NCBI GenBank assembly: GCA_003135135.1
Contig: PLDK01000025.1
Span: 106,376 to 170,375, forward strand
DNA: 64,000 bases
DNA from: Deltaproteobacteria bacterium
GTDB lineage: Bacteria > Desulfobacterota > Binatia > Binatales > Binataceae
Reading direction: 5' to 3'
Positions 27,215-35,962 of the stretch are shown here, piece by piece (position 1 is the first letter of the stretch; every line of letters starts with the position of its first letter). Both the position numbers and the translations under genes were made by a program. The notes under the pieces are model-generated. The model had not been told where the DNA came from. It saw only the letters and a list, made by a program, of their open reading frames with translations, and searched no databases.

Positions 27215-28195
27215 ATGGATATCAGCATCGACGCGGCCACCCGCACCGGCGAGCATTTCTCCTTCACCAATTTTTTATTTTCCCACAAAGGCGATCTGAC
27301 GCTGGCTTTTTCGGCGTTCGTTTACCTGGTGAGCCTGGTCGCCCTGATGTTCACGCATTGGAGAACCTCGTCGGAGATTGCGGTCTCGATAGCGGAGGCG
27401 GCGCTCATCGGCGGTCTATGCGACTATATCGCGCTCAAGATGATCTTCGAGCGGCGATGGTACCTGCCCAACTCCGGCGTGCTGCCGCGTAATCGCGCGA
27501 AGCTGATCGACGGAATCGCCGCCACTATCGAGAACGAATGGCTCACGCCACAGATGATCGGGCGCAAGCTGAGCGATATGGATCTCGTCGGCCGCCTCGG
27601 TTCGTATCTCCAGGAGCTCAAGCTGCACGACGTGCTGGGACAGGCCGGTCTCGAGCGGATACTGAGCAATGCGATCGAATACCTGGAATCGCCGGAGAAA
27701 CGCGACCGCCTCGAAGCCGTCCTCAAGCGGATGCTTCCGAAGACGGTCACGCGAATCTACGCGGTGATGAATCGGCTCGGCGCGGATTCGATTGGCGCGC
27801 GTATCGCGGCGAATTTGCGCAAACGGCTGCCCGAGCTGCAAAACGATCCCGAGCTTCGCGACACGCTCGAAAGCGCAATTCACGAGTTTGGGCTTCAGCT
27901 CCACGATCCCGAGAGCTACGCGAATCAGTTTGCGCAGCGATTGATCGACAACATGGTGCGCAGGACCGTCGAATCAAGCCGCGGTCAGATAACGCAGATG
28001 GTCCGTGAGAATCTGGCGCGGCTCTCTGACGACCAGATCAGAATTCAGATTGAATCGAAGACGCGCACGCATCTGGACTGGATTCGCGTCAACGGCGGCC
28101 TGTTCGGCGCGTTCTTCGGGCTGCTCTTCGCGCTATCGCGAATCCTTTCGCACAACGGCCCCGCAATCCTCGCCCATTTTCATATTGGGATGTGA
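27215..28195 (+). CDS. DUF445 family membrane protein
   Basis: The track ORF starts at 27161, inside repeat B, so ATG 27215 (MDISIDAATR) is preferred. Contains GGLCDYIALKMIFERRWYLPNSGVLPRNRAKL...IRVNGGLFGAFFGLL, typical of DUF445. Confidence 0.75.
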   Translation: MDISIDAATRTGEHFSFTNFLFSHKGDLTLAFSAFVYLVSLVALMFTHWRTSSEIAVSIAEAALIGGLCDYIALKMIFERRWYLPNSGVLPRNRAKLIDGIAATIENEWLTPQMIGRKLSDMDLVGRLGSYLQELKLHDVLGQAGLERILSNAIEYLESPEKRDRLEAVLKRMLPKTVTRIYAVMNRLGADSIGARIAANLRKRLPELQNDPELRDTLESAIHEFGLQLHDPESYANQFAQRLIDNMVRRTVESSRGQITQMVRENLARLSDDQIRIQIESKTRTHLDWIRVNGGLFGAFFGLLFALSRILSHNGPAILAHFHIGM

Positions 28196-28225
28196 GCAGA
28201 GGGGGCGGGAGAGCAAAGGGGAGAA

Positions 28226-28479
28226 CTCGATTGAATGCGGAACCCACCATGGGTTCCGCGCCTCCTTGGGCAGGGGTGCCCCCTGCACCCAACGTTAAGA
28301 AGACGCGAAAATCTGCGCAGCGCATCTTTTCGCGACTACGCCATGGAAGAGCCCGCGGGCATCTGTGACCCCTGGCCGTGGCGACGGCAGCGCAGTATTA
28401 AGCCGTTGGCAGGGGCCGCGCGCGACAACGGAGCGTGGCCTTAATACCGGGTGCAGGGGTCACCCCTGCTCAGCCCTGC
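28226..28479. repeat. Mosaic repeat, copy C (M4-M3-M2 in + orientation, then inverted M5 and M3/M1 fragment); ends at the recA stop
   Basis: 28226-28340 aligns nearly base for base with 26936-27050. 28395-28445 is the reverse complement of 27080-27132. tgcaggggtcacccctgc occurs at 28452. Confidence 0.85.
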
Positions 28480-29550
28480 TCAGCCTTTTTTCTTGGGCGG
28501 CGGCGCAGGCGTCTCCGCCGGCTCCTCGACCGCGGCATCGGGCGGAAGCGCGACCGGCTTGGCCGCCAGCTTTTCGCGTACCTTCGCTTCGATCTCGTCG
28601 GCCAGCTTCGGATTGGCCTTGAGCAGATCGCGCGCGTTCTCGCGTCCCTGCCCGATTCGTTCGCCGTTGTAGGAGTACCAGGCGCCGAGCTTCTCGATGA
28701 TATTGTGCTCGCTGGCCATATCGACCAGCTCGCCCTCCTTCGAAATGCCGGTGCCGTACAGGATGTCGAACTCGGCCTCGCGAAACGGCGGCGCGACCTT
28801 GTTCTTCACCACTTTGACTTTGGTCCGCGAGCCGATCACTTCGGTCGCGTTCTTGATCGTGCCGATTCGCCGGATATCGATTCTCACCGACGAATAAAAC
28901 TTGAGCGCGTTGCCGCCACTGGTGGTCTCCGGATTCCCGAACATCACGCCAATCTTCATTCGGATCTGGTTGATGAAGATGACGATGGTGCGCGAGCGCG
29001 ATATGATCGAGGTAAGCTTGCGCAGCGCCTGCGACATCAGGCGCGCCTGCAGGCCCATCTGCGGCTCGCCCATCTCGCCTTCGATTTCCGCGCGCGGCAC
29101 CAGCGCCGCCACCGAGTCTATGACCAGCACGTCGATCGCGCCCGATTGCACCAGCGTCTCCGTGATCTCCAGCGCCTGCTCGCCGTTGTCGGGCTGCGAG
29201 ATGAGCAGGTCCTCGACCTTGACGCCGAGTTTGCGCGCGTAAGCCGCGTCGAGCGCGTGTTCCGCGTCGATAAACGCGCAGGTGCCGCCCGTCTTCTGCG
29301 CTTCCGCGATACATTCCAGCGCCAGCGTCGTCTTGCCCGACGATTCCGGGCCGTAGATTTCGACCACGCGCCCGCGCGGCAATCCGCCCACGCCCAGTGC
29401 GAGGTCGAGTCCGAGCGAGCCGGTCGATACGACCGCGATATCGGCCGAAATCGCCTGCTCGCCGAGCTTCATGATCGAGCCCTTGCCGAACTGTTTCTCG
29501 ATTTGGCTCAACGCCAGGTCGAGCGCTTTACTTTTGATCTCTATCGCCAT
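28480..29550 (-). CDS. recA: Recombinase A
   Basis: 356 aa with [22 protein letters not shown], Walker [10 protein letters not shown] and [28 protein letters not shown]. Confidence 0.97.
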   Translation of the reverse strand: MAIEIKSKALDLALSQIEKQFGKGSIMKLGEQAISADIAVVSTGSLGLDLALGVGGLPRGRVVEIYGPESSGKTTLALECIAEAQKTGGTCAFIDAEHALDAAYARKLGVKVEDLLISQPDNGEQALEITETLVQSGAIDVLVIDSVAALVPRAEIEGEMGEPQMGLQARLMSQALRKLTSIISRSRTIVIFINQIRMKIGVMFGNPETTSGGNALKFYSSVRIDIRRIGTIKNATEVIGSRTKVKVVKNKVAPPFREAEFDILYGTGISKEGELVDMASEHNIIEKLGAWYSYNGERIGQGRENARDLLKANPKLADEIEAKVREKLAAKPVALPPDAAVEEPAETPAPPPKKKG

Positions 29551-29698
29551 CGATTATGCCCATGCGGGATTTGTTTATCGCGATGCGAATCTTGCCACAA
29601 ACTCGCGCCGATAGCTCTATCCGCACCGGCGCTGGTGTCCACAGGGGTGTTGAGAAGCTGACGGCGGTGTTACGAAAAGAACAAAACGTGACACCCGG

Positions 29699-30340
29699 TT
29701 AGCGCGACTGGAAGAGGAACGTCGCGAGTGCTTCGTAGCTCGATCCGTCGGGCCCGAGATGGCTGCGGTAGAGGGTGATCGATTCGATCCTCGAGACGCC
29801 GAACTCGCGGTCCCGCGCCGCGTGTAGTGCCTGGCGAATTTTGCCCGCGATCGGCTGATCGCCAACCCGCCCGATCGTCAGATGCCCGCTCCAGCGCCGC
29901 TTCTCGCGCTCGAATCCATAGTCAGCCGCGACCGTCTCCACCCGCGCGGCGAGCGCGGCAAGCACCCCCGATTCAACGCTATGCAATCCCACCCAAACCG
30001 TGCGCGGATGCTCGAGGTCGGGGAACGCGCCGACTGCCGCCGCGGCGACCTCGAATGGCGCCGTCCTGGCCGCGAGCTGATGAAGCCCGGCGGTGAGCCG
30101 CTGCAATCGATGCGAATCCACCGCCGGTCCCAGAAACTTGAGCGTGATATGTAGATTTGCCCGCGGCACCCATCGGACACCGTCGCGTGGACGCTTCAGC
30201 TCGTCGATCGTCTCCGCCACCGACTCCTCGACCTGCTCGTTCATCCGGACTGCGACGAACGCGCGCACTCCCCCGGCTTCGCGATCCCCGAGGTCGTCGC
30301 GCAGATGCGCTGGTGCCTGATCTTCCGCCCAATGCGTCAT
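29699..30340 (-). CDS. thpR: RNA 2',3'-cyclic phosphodiesterase (2H phosphoesterase, ThpR/LigT)
   Basis: Two H-x-T/S-x motifs, HITLKFLG and HLTIGRV, at the spacing typical of LigT. Confidence 0.8.
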   Translation of the reverse strand: MTHWAEDQAPAHLRDDLGDREAGGVRAFVAVRMNEQVEESVAETIDELKRPRDGVRWVPRANLHITLKFLGPAVDSHRLQRLTAGLHQLAARTAPFEVAAAAVGAFPDLEHPRTVWVGLHSVESGVLAALAARVETVAADYGFEREKRRWSGHLTIGRVGDQPIAGKIRQALHAARDREFGVSRIESITLYRSHLGPDGSSYEALATFLFQSR

Positions 30341-30356
30341 TCGATCCCGCTTGAAA

Positions 30357-30998
30357 TCAAGTTGAGCCGCCCGATCCTGCGTCCAGGGCCCCGCCGACTC
30401 CTACCGCCAGTTCATGCTCGACCAGCGGCAGCCGATCGTTGCCGAAGAACATCGACCCCTCGACGAACATCGTTGGCGATCCAAAACCGCCGCGCGCGAT
30501 CAGTTCCTCGACGTTCTCGCGCAGCTTGGCCTTGTACTCATCGGATGCGATCTTGGTGAAAAATTCTTTTTCGTCGAGGCCCGTTTCGCGCACGATTTCG
30601 CGCAGCACATCGTCCTTGCTGATGTCCTTGTCGTCCGTCCAATAGCTCTCGAACACGCGCCGGGAGTAACGCGAGATCACCCGATGCTCGTCGGCGACGA
30701 ACGCACCACGCATCGCCTTGACTGAATTGACCGGGAACACCGTAGGGCTGCCGATTTTGAGGCCGTAGAATCGCGCCCAATCGGCCAGATCCTTGACGTA
30801 GTACCGGGCCTTGACCGGGACCGGCTTGGCGCGGCTTTCGTACACCGAAGGATTGACCGTGTTGAACAGGCCGCCCACCAGGATCGGCCGCCAGATCAGT
30901 TCCGCATCGTGGCGTCCCGCGAGGTCCTCGATCTTGGTGAACGCCAGGTATGTCCACGGGCTGGAGCAGTCGTAAAAAAATTCGAGCTTCTTAGGCAT
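30357..30998 (-). CDS. 2-hydroxychromene-2-carboxylate isomerase / DsbA-like thioredoxin-fold protein
   Basis: 213 aa starting LEFFYDCSSPWTYLAF and ending ...GGFGSPTMFVEGSMFFGNDRL. Confidence 0.8.
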   Translation of the reverse strand: MPKKLEFFYDCSSPWTYLAFTKIEDLAGRHDAELIWRPILVGGLFNTVNPSVYESRAKPVPVKARYYVKDLADWARFYGLKIGSPTVFPVNSVKAMRGAFVADEHRVISRYSRRVFESYWTDDKDISKDDVLREIVRETGLDEKEFFTKIASDEYKAKLRENVEELIARGGFGSPTMFVEGSMFFGNDRLPLVEHELAVGVGGALDAGSGGST

Positions 30999-31046
30999 CG
31001 TCCGATTCCCCCCACCTCATAGTAGCTCAGTCAACCGGCGGAACCA

Positions 31047-32048
31047 TCACTTCTGCGCACTCTCGACTCCATCCTTGCCATCGATCTTGATCAAATCCGC
31101 CCGCACGTACCCGATGAACGCCTGCGCCTCGATCCGCAGCGGCAGATGGCGCTCATCCGCCGATATCCACAACACCGTCCCGTGCGCCTGGCTGCGCAGC
31201 AAGCCGTCGCTGACGTACCAGACGTCGGGCACGATGCGCCACGCGTCGAAGTCGCCGAGTGCGAGGTGAATCTTCTCCCGCTTTTCGACCTCGAATGCGA
31301 AAACATAGCGCTGGCTACCGCTGAACACGTCGAACGCGTAGGTCTTGCCCGGCTCGAGGTTCTGCGTCAGCGCCATCATCGCGCCCGATATCGGTCCCCA
31401 CGGATCTGACGCGATGAATTCCTTGCTCTGCGTTCCCTTGTGATTCTTCTTGGTCATCGTGACCATCTGCGCGGGCCGATCGATGGTCACGTCGTAGTAA
31501 TTGAGCCGCGATTTTTCGTGCTGGACCAAATAAACACCGCTGGTGTGGAGCGTGTCATCGGCCATGCTCTCGCGCATGTAGTCGCGCATCTTGTAGAACA
31601 GATCCGCAAACGGGTTGGTCTCGATCCAGATTTCCCCGGTCCATCGCGAAGGATCTTTTGGCGGTTTGTGGAACTCGAGACGTGCCTGCGCCGCCGGAAT
31701 CCCGACCCACGACGCTTGATAGATCAGCTGCTCGCCGTTGTGAAACGGTATCGGCCCCGGTTTGTACGCCGGGACCTTCGCCTTGACCTCGGGCGGCAGC
31801 GCCATCGGGGTCGGCGTCGGGGTCGGCAGATGGCGATGCTTGTGAAAAGGCGCCGGCTGAGGCTCTGCCGGCGGATCCGAATCGGATGGGCCGGATGCCA
31901 GTATCGGCCCCGCGACAGCGCCCGCGCCGGTGGCGCCTATCATGAGCATGAACGCGGCGACGATAATGCTCGCCAGCGCACCGGCACGAGTGTTTGCGCG
32001 CCGCGGCCCGGCGACATGCTTCCTTGCAATACCTTTCATAATCACCAA
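31047..32048 (-). CDS. Secreted DUF3108-like protein
   Basis: 333 aa with a signal/anchor, a Pro-rich linker, then beta-rich YQASWVGIPAAQARLEF...YVFAFEV. The assignment is from memory of the family pattern. Confidence 0.55.
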   Translation of the reverse strand: MVIMKGIARKHVAGPRRANTRAGALASIIVAAFMLMIGATGAGAVAGPILASGPSDSDPPAEPQPAPFHKHRHLPTPTPTPMALPPEVKAKVPAYKPGPIPFHNGEQLIYQASWVGIPAAQARLEFHKPPKDPSRWTGEIWIETNPFADLFYKMRDYMRESMADDTLHTSGVYLVQHEKSRLNYYDVTIDRPAQMVTMTKKNHKGTQSKEFIASDPWGPISGAMMALTQNLEPGKTYAFDVFSGSQRYVFAFEVEKREKIHLALGDFDAWRIVPDVWYVSDGLLRSQAHGTVLWISADERHLPLRIEAQAFIGYVRADLIKIDGKDGVESAQK

Positions 32049-32069
32049 TAATTCTGGCCGATTGCAGAG

Positions 32070-32867
32070 GTGCGGGAAATGACTATCACGCGAAATTTAT
32101 TTGCTGTCTTCGCGCTTGGCGTCGCTCTTGCCGTACCACACCTCGCCTTTGCGCAGTATGGCGGACAGGGATTGGGCAGCGCTCTCAGTTCCAGTCCAAT
32201 GTCGCATCAGGGGCAAGTGAAACCCGGCGTTGACGATATGCAGAATCGCGCGGCCGAGGAAACGCCGTTCAAGATCATCAAGGACGTAAAGCTGGGCCTC
32301 AAGGACGCCGACCCCGCCGTGCGCGTCTCCGAACTGTTGAAACTCCGCTATCTGAAGGATCCGGAAGTCAACCAGATCCTGATGACCTCGCTGTCCGACC
32401 CGGACGCGCGCGTCAAGATCAAGGCCGTCGACATCCTCGGCGCGCGTGAAGCCAATGAGTCCGTGCCGCCGATGTCCTCGATGCTCTTCCTGCGTTCCAC
32501 CGAGCCCATCGTCAAGCTGCATCTGGTGGCGGCGCTTGGCAGGATCGGTGATGCGCAAGGCGTGATGCCCGTCATGCAGTATCTCGGCCAGGATCAGGAC
32601 GAGCGCGCCCGCGGCACCGCCGTCTTCGCCCTTGGCGAGATCGGAAGCGACAAGGCCGTCTCGCTGCTGAACACGGTCGCAGCCGAGGATCAAAGCCCGA
32701 TGGTCCGTCGCCTCGCGAAGGAAGCGCTGCAAAAGGTCAGCGGCCAGTTGCCGACCGAGCGCGCCAAGACTGTGGCTTCCGATTCGAGCAAGCAGAACGA
32801 GCCGACCGACCAGAAGCTCGCCAAACTGCGCGAGATGGACAAGAAGATGCAGGACTCGGAGCGCTGA
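32070..32867 (+). CDS. Secreted HEAT-repeat protein
   Basis: Signal peptide ...AVPHLAFA, then repeated D(P/A)xVR...A(V/L)xxLG units (DPAVRVSELLKL, DPDARVKIKAVDILG, ...ERARGTAVFALGEIG, SPMVRRLAKEAL). Confidence 0.75.
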   Translation: MREMTITRNLFAVFALGVALAVPHLAFAQYGGQGLGSALSSSPMSHQGQVKPGVDDMQNRAAEETPFKIIKDVKLGLKDADPAVRVSELLKLRYLKDPEVNQILMTSLSDPDARVKIKAVDILGAREANESVPPMSSMLFLRSTEPIVKLHLVAALGRIGDAQGVMPVMQYLGQDQDERARGTAVFALGEIGSDKAVSLLNTVAAEDQSPMVRRLAKEALQKVSGQLPTERAKTVASDSSKQNEPTDQKLAKLREMDKKMQDSER

Positions 32868-32900
32868 CCGCGCCCCTGCTCACCCGCGATTGTTCCCCTT

Positions 32901-32968
32901 CTGAGATTACCTCGCCCGTTATTTTACGGGAGAGGAGGCCGGCCGCTTGGCGGCCGGTAGGTGAGGGT
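32901..32968. repeat. 67/68-nt structured intergenic repeat, copy 2 (family E), bracketed by 17-bp direct repeats 32886-32902 / 32986-33002
   Basis: ctgagattacctcgcccgttattttacgggagaggaggccggccgcttggcggccggtaggtgagggt. gcgattgttccccttct occurs exactly twice, 100 bp apart. Confidence 0.8.
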
Positions 32969-33020
32969 GCAGCGCCATCACGTTTGCGATTGTTCCCCTT
33001 CTCGCAGCGCGCCGGCGCGT

Positions 33021-34652
33021 CTATCCCCTGCCGATCCACTCGCCGGCCATCACGCCGTCGCCGCACCACTTGCCGTCCGCGACCACCGCGCTTCCATTGA
33101 CCATCACATGCTCGATTCCAACCGGCGCGGCCGTCGGCGTTCTGGAATCCGCGGCGCATCCGATCGTTTCCGGATTGAATATCACCAGGTCCGCGGCGTA
33201 TCCCGGACGCACCAGACCGCGACCGCCCAGCCGCATCCGCTGGGCCGCCATCCCGGTCGCCTTGTGAACCGCGTCTTCGAGCGTCAGCAGTTTCAACTCG
33301 CGCACGTAATGCCCGAGGATTCGCGGGTAGGTGCCGAAGCTGGCGGGATTGTGATGTCCGTACGAAGTCAGAATCGTGTCCATCTCGAACATGTTCAGCG
33401 GATGCTTCATCGCTTCCCGCAGCGCACGCTCGTCGCCGTAGTCGTCGCCGCTGTATAGATGGTTCAGCACGCGCGCGCGCGTCCCGCTCTCACGCGTGAT
33501 CGTCAGGTACGCGTCGATCGGATCGAGCTTCAGTTCATCGGCGATCTGGCCGAAGAACTTGCCCTCGAGATGACTGAGTTCGGGCTTGACCGCCCACATG
33601 AGCTGAACCGCGTCGGCGATGAACGGCGCGAGCGGCCGGAATCCGGCGCGCAATTTCGCCCAACCCTCCGATGAATCGAGCAAGCCCTCGAGTCCCGTTT
33701 GCGCCCACGCCGGAAAAATGACGCGAATCGTCGTGTTGCCGCAGGTGTAAGGAAAAGTGTCGAACGCGATATCGATCCCGTCGCTCTTGTGACGCTCGAC
33801 TTCGGCAATCGTGTCATCGACAGTCGCCCAGGTTTGCGGGCCAACGAAAATCAGATGCGAAACTTGCAGCGGTACGCCCGCCTCGCGCGCGACGTTGGCC
33901 ATCTCGCGCACGGCCAGGATGTTGTGCGGAACCGCCCTGCTGTCGAAGAACAACGAGCGCTCCGTGTATGCGCGCAGATGCGAGGTCAGCACGCCGCCAG
34001 CCGCCGCAGCCACCCGCGCCAGCGCTGCCAGCTCGGCCGGCTTCGCGATCATCCCCGGAAAATAGCCAAGCCCGCAGGAAAGCCCGACCGCGCCATCGGC
34101 CATCGCGCCCTCGACCATCGCCTGCATTGCGCGCAACTGCTCCGGCGACGGCTCTCCGGCGTCCGAGCCCATCACGCTCAGGCGGATACTGCCATGGCCG
34201 GCGAGATGCGCGACGTTGAGCGCGAGCCCGCGGCGCTTCAGAAACGCGGCGAAGCCCGCCACGTCGTCCCATTCCCAATCGAACTTCCGCTCGGCGCATA
34301 GGCGGCCCGACTCGTCGAGCATCCGCTGCCGCTCGCGCATCACCGGCGCCACCGAGAAGCCGCAATTGCCGCCGACAAACGTGGTCACGCCTTGCAGCAG
34401 AAATGGCTTCAGGATTTTCCCGTGATCGGCAACCGGCACAACCCAGTCGGAGTGCGAATGCATATCGATGAAGCCCGGCGCGATCGCGAGTCCGGTCGCA
34501 TCGATTTCGCGCGCCGCGGAGGCGCTCGCGGCGTCGCCCGGATCGATCAGCGCGGCTATTTTGCGATCCTTGATTGCCACGTCGCCGCGGTAGCGCGGCG
34601 CGCCGCTACCATCGACCACGACGCCGTTGCGGACGACTACGTCATATTCCAT
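33021..34652 (-). CDS. N-acyl-D-amino-acid deacylase (D-aminoacylase) family amidohydrolase
   Basis: 543 aa starting YDVVVRNGVVVDGSGAPRYRGDVAIKDRKIAAL...GFIDMHSHSD. Confidence 0.8.
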   Translation of the reverse strand: MEYDVVVRNGVVVDGSGAPRYRGDVAIKDRKIAALIDPGDAASASAAREIDATGLAIAPGFIDMHSHSDWVVPVADHGKILKPFLLQGVTTFVGGNCGFSVAPVMRERQRMLDESGRLCAERKFDWEWDDVAGFAAFLKRRGLALNVAHLAGHGSIRLSVMGSDAGEPSPEQLRAMQAMVEGAMADGAVGLSCGLGYFPGMIAKPAELAALARVAAAAGGVLTSHLRAYTERSLFFDSRAVPHNILAVREMANVAREAGVPLQVSHLIFVGPQTWATVDDTIAEVERHKSDGIDIAFDTFPYTCGNTTIRVIFPAWAQTGLEGLLDSSEGWAKLRAGFRPLAPFIADAVQLMWAVKPELSHLEGKFFGQIADELKLDPIDAYLTITRESGTRARVLNHLYSGDDYGDERALREAMKHPLNMFEMDTILTSYGHHNPASFGTYPRILGHYVRELKLLTLEDAVHKATGMAAQRMRLGGRGLVRPGYAADLVIFNPETIGCAADSRTPTAAPVGIEHVMVNGSAVVADGKWCGDGVMAGEWIGRG

Positions 34653-34706
34653 GAACGGGATTATTCGCGAATCGTGGCGCGCAGCGCAAACCCGCGCCCG
34701 CGCGGA

Positions 34707-35816
34707 TTACACCTTGATCAATCCATCGACGTTGCCGGTGGAACGTGGACGTCCTGGGAACACTCGATCGATCTGCGCATCCGAAAACTGCATGTGCGAT
34801 CGCAAGACGGCCGCGATCGGCTCGCGGAAGTCGGTCGTGATCGCCAGGTCGCGCTCCTGGTATAGGCTCCCCGGCGACAGACCCGGCCACTTTCCATAAA
34901 CTTTTCCGCCCTTCACCGGCCCGCCCATCACCCACATCACGTTGCCGTGCCCGTGATCGGTTCCGCCGTTGCCGTTCTCGTGCATGGTGCGGCCGAAGTC
35001 CGAAATCACCAGGATGACGGTGTCCTGGTAGCTCGGCCCAAGCTGCTTGGCCAGGCTCGCCAGTCCTTCGCCGAGCGGCTTGAGATGTCCCGCGAGCTGG
35101 CCGTTGGCGGCGCCTTCGCTGACATGCGTATCCCAGCCGCCAAGGGCCATGAATGCGACGCGAATCGTGGGATCGCGGCCAATCAGACGCGCCAGTCTGT
35201 CGGTGTCGTCGGAGAAACCCTGCGGCGAGGGCGCGCCGCCATTGGCCTGCGCCATGTCTTGCGTCAGTTCGCTCATCAGGCGCATCCGTGCCTCGCGTCC
35301 ATCGCGATAGGCGCGGCTGATCGAATCGTTGCCTGCGTACAGCCGATCGAAGGCCGCTTCGATCACCGGCCGGTCCATCGGCATCGGCCGCTCCGCCGCC
35401 CGACCGAGTGCGATATTCGCGACAGGAGCCTTGCCGCTTAGAATCCGCGGCAGCGTCGGACCGAGACTTAACGCCTCGGTCGGTCCATGCGTACCCGGAA
35501 TCGCCGCCAGCGCTCGATTCAGCCATCCATCCTGCGTCGACTTGATGCCCGGCGTACCACTCTCCATGAAATCCTGCGCGTCGAAATGCGATCGCGTCGG
35601 ATCCGGCGAGCCGCATGCATGCACGAACGCCAGCGTGCCGTCGCGCCATTGGCTCTCCAGCGGCGCGAGCGCGGGATGCAACCCGAAATGGCCGTCGAGA
35701 TCGATCAACCCGCCGTCCGCGCCCATGCGTCCGATCGCGATTGTCGGGCGCGCGTCGTAGTACGCCGGCTCGCCATGCGGCACGACCACGTTCAGGCCGT
35801 CAACCGCGCCGCCCAT
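34707..35816 (-). CDS. DUF1501 (sulfatase-fold) protein; its Tat signal peptide is encoded out of frame upstream (35792-35953)
   Basis: GGAVDGLNVVVPHGEP...GWDTH...SDFGRT...GTDHGHG are typical of DUF1501. See the finding. Confidence 0.8.
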   Translation of the reverse strand: MGGAVDGLNVVVPHGEPAYYDARPTIAIGRMGADGGLIDLDGHFGLHPALAPLESQWRDGTLAFVHACGSPDPTRSHFDAQDFMESGTPGIKSTQDGWLNRALAAIPGTHGPTEALSLGPTLPRILSGKAPVANIALGRAAERPMPMDRPVIEAAFDRLYAGNDSISRAYRDGREARMRLMSELTQDMAQANGGAPSPQGFSDDTDRLARLIGRDPTIRVAFMALGGWDTHVSEGAANGQLAGHLKPLGEGLASLAKQLGPSYQDTVILVISDFGRTMHENGNGGTDHGHGNVMWVMGGPVKGGKVYGKWPGLSPGSLYQERDLAITTDFREPIAAVLRSHMQFSDAQIDRVFPGRPRSTGNVDGLIKV

Positions 35817-35962
35817 GCGTGCGGGCTCAGCAGCACGATTCCCGACGCCGACAGAATCGCCGCGCGGCGGATGAACGCCCGCCTGCTAAAAGAAGTCGCC
35901 GGGCCGGGACTGCACGCCGCGCATCCATCGATAGGTTGGAGTTTTTTTCCCATTTTAAACTC

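Noticed and set aside
26933-27256. 107-aa ORF, and similar small ORFs at 28089-28325 and 28235-28444
   Set aside because: They lie entirely inside the mosaic repeat copies. Their shared peptide pieces (RCADFRVF...) simply reflect the repeated DNA.
28435-29661. 408-aa plus-strand ORF
   Set aside because: It is antisense to recA, which is unambiguous.
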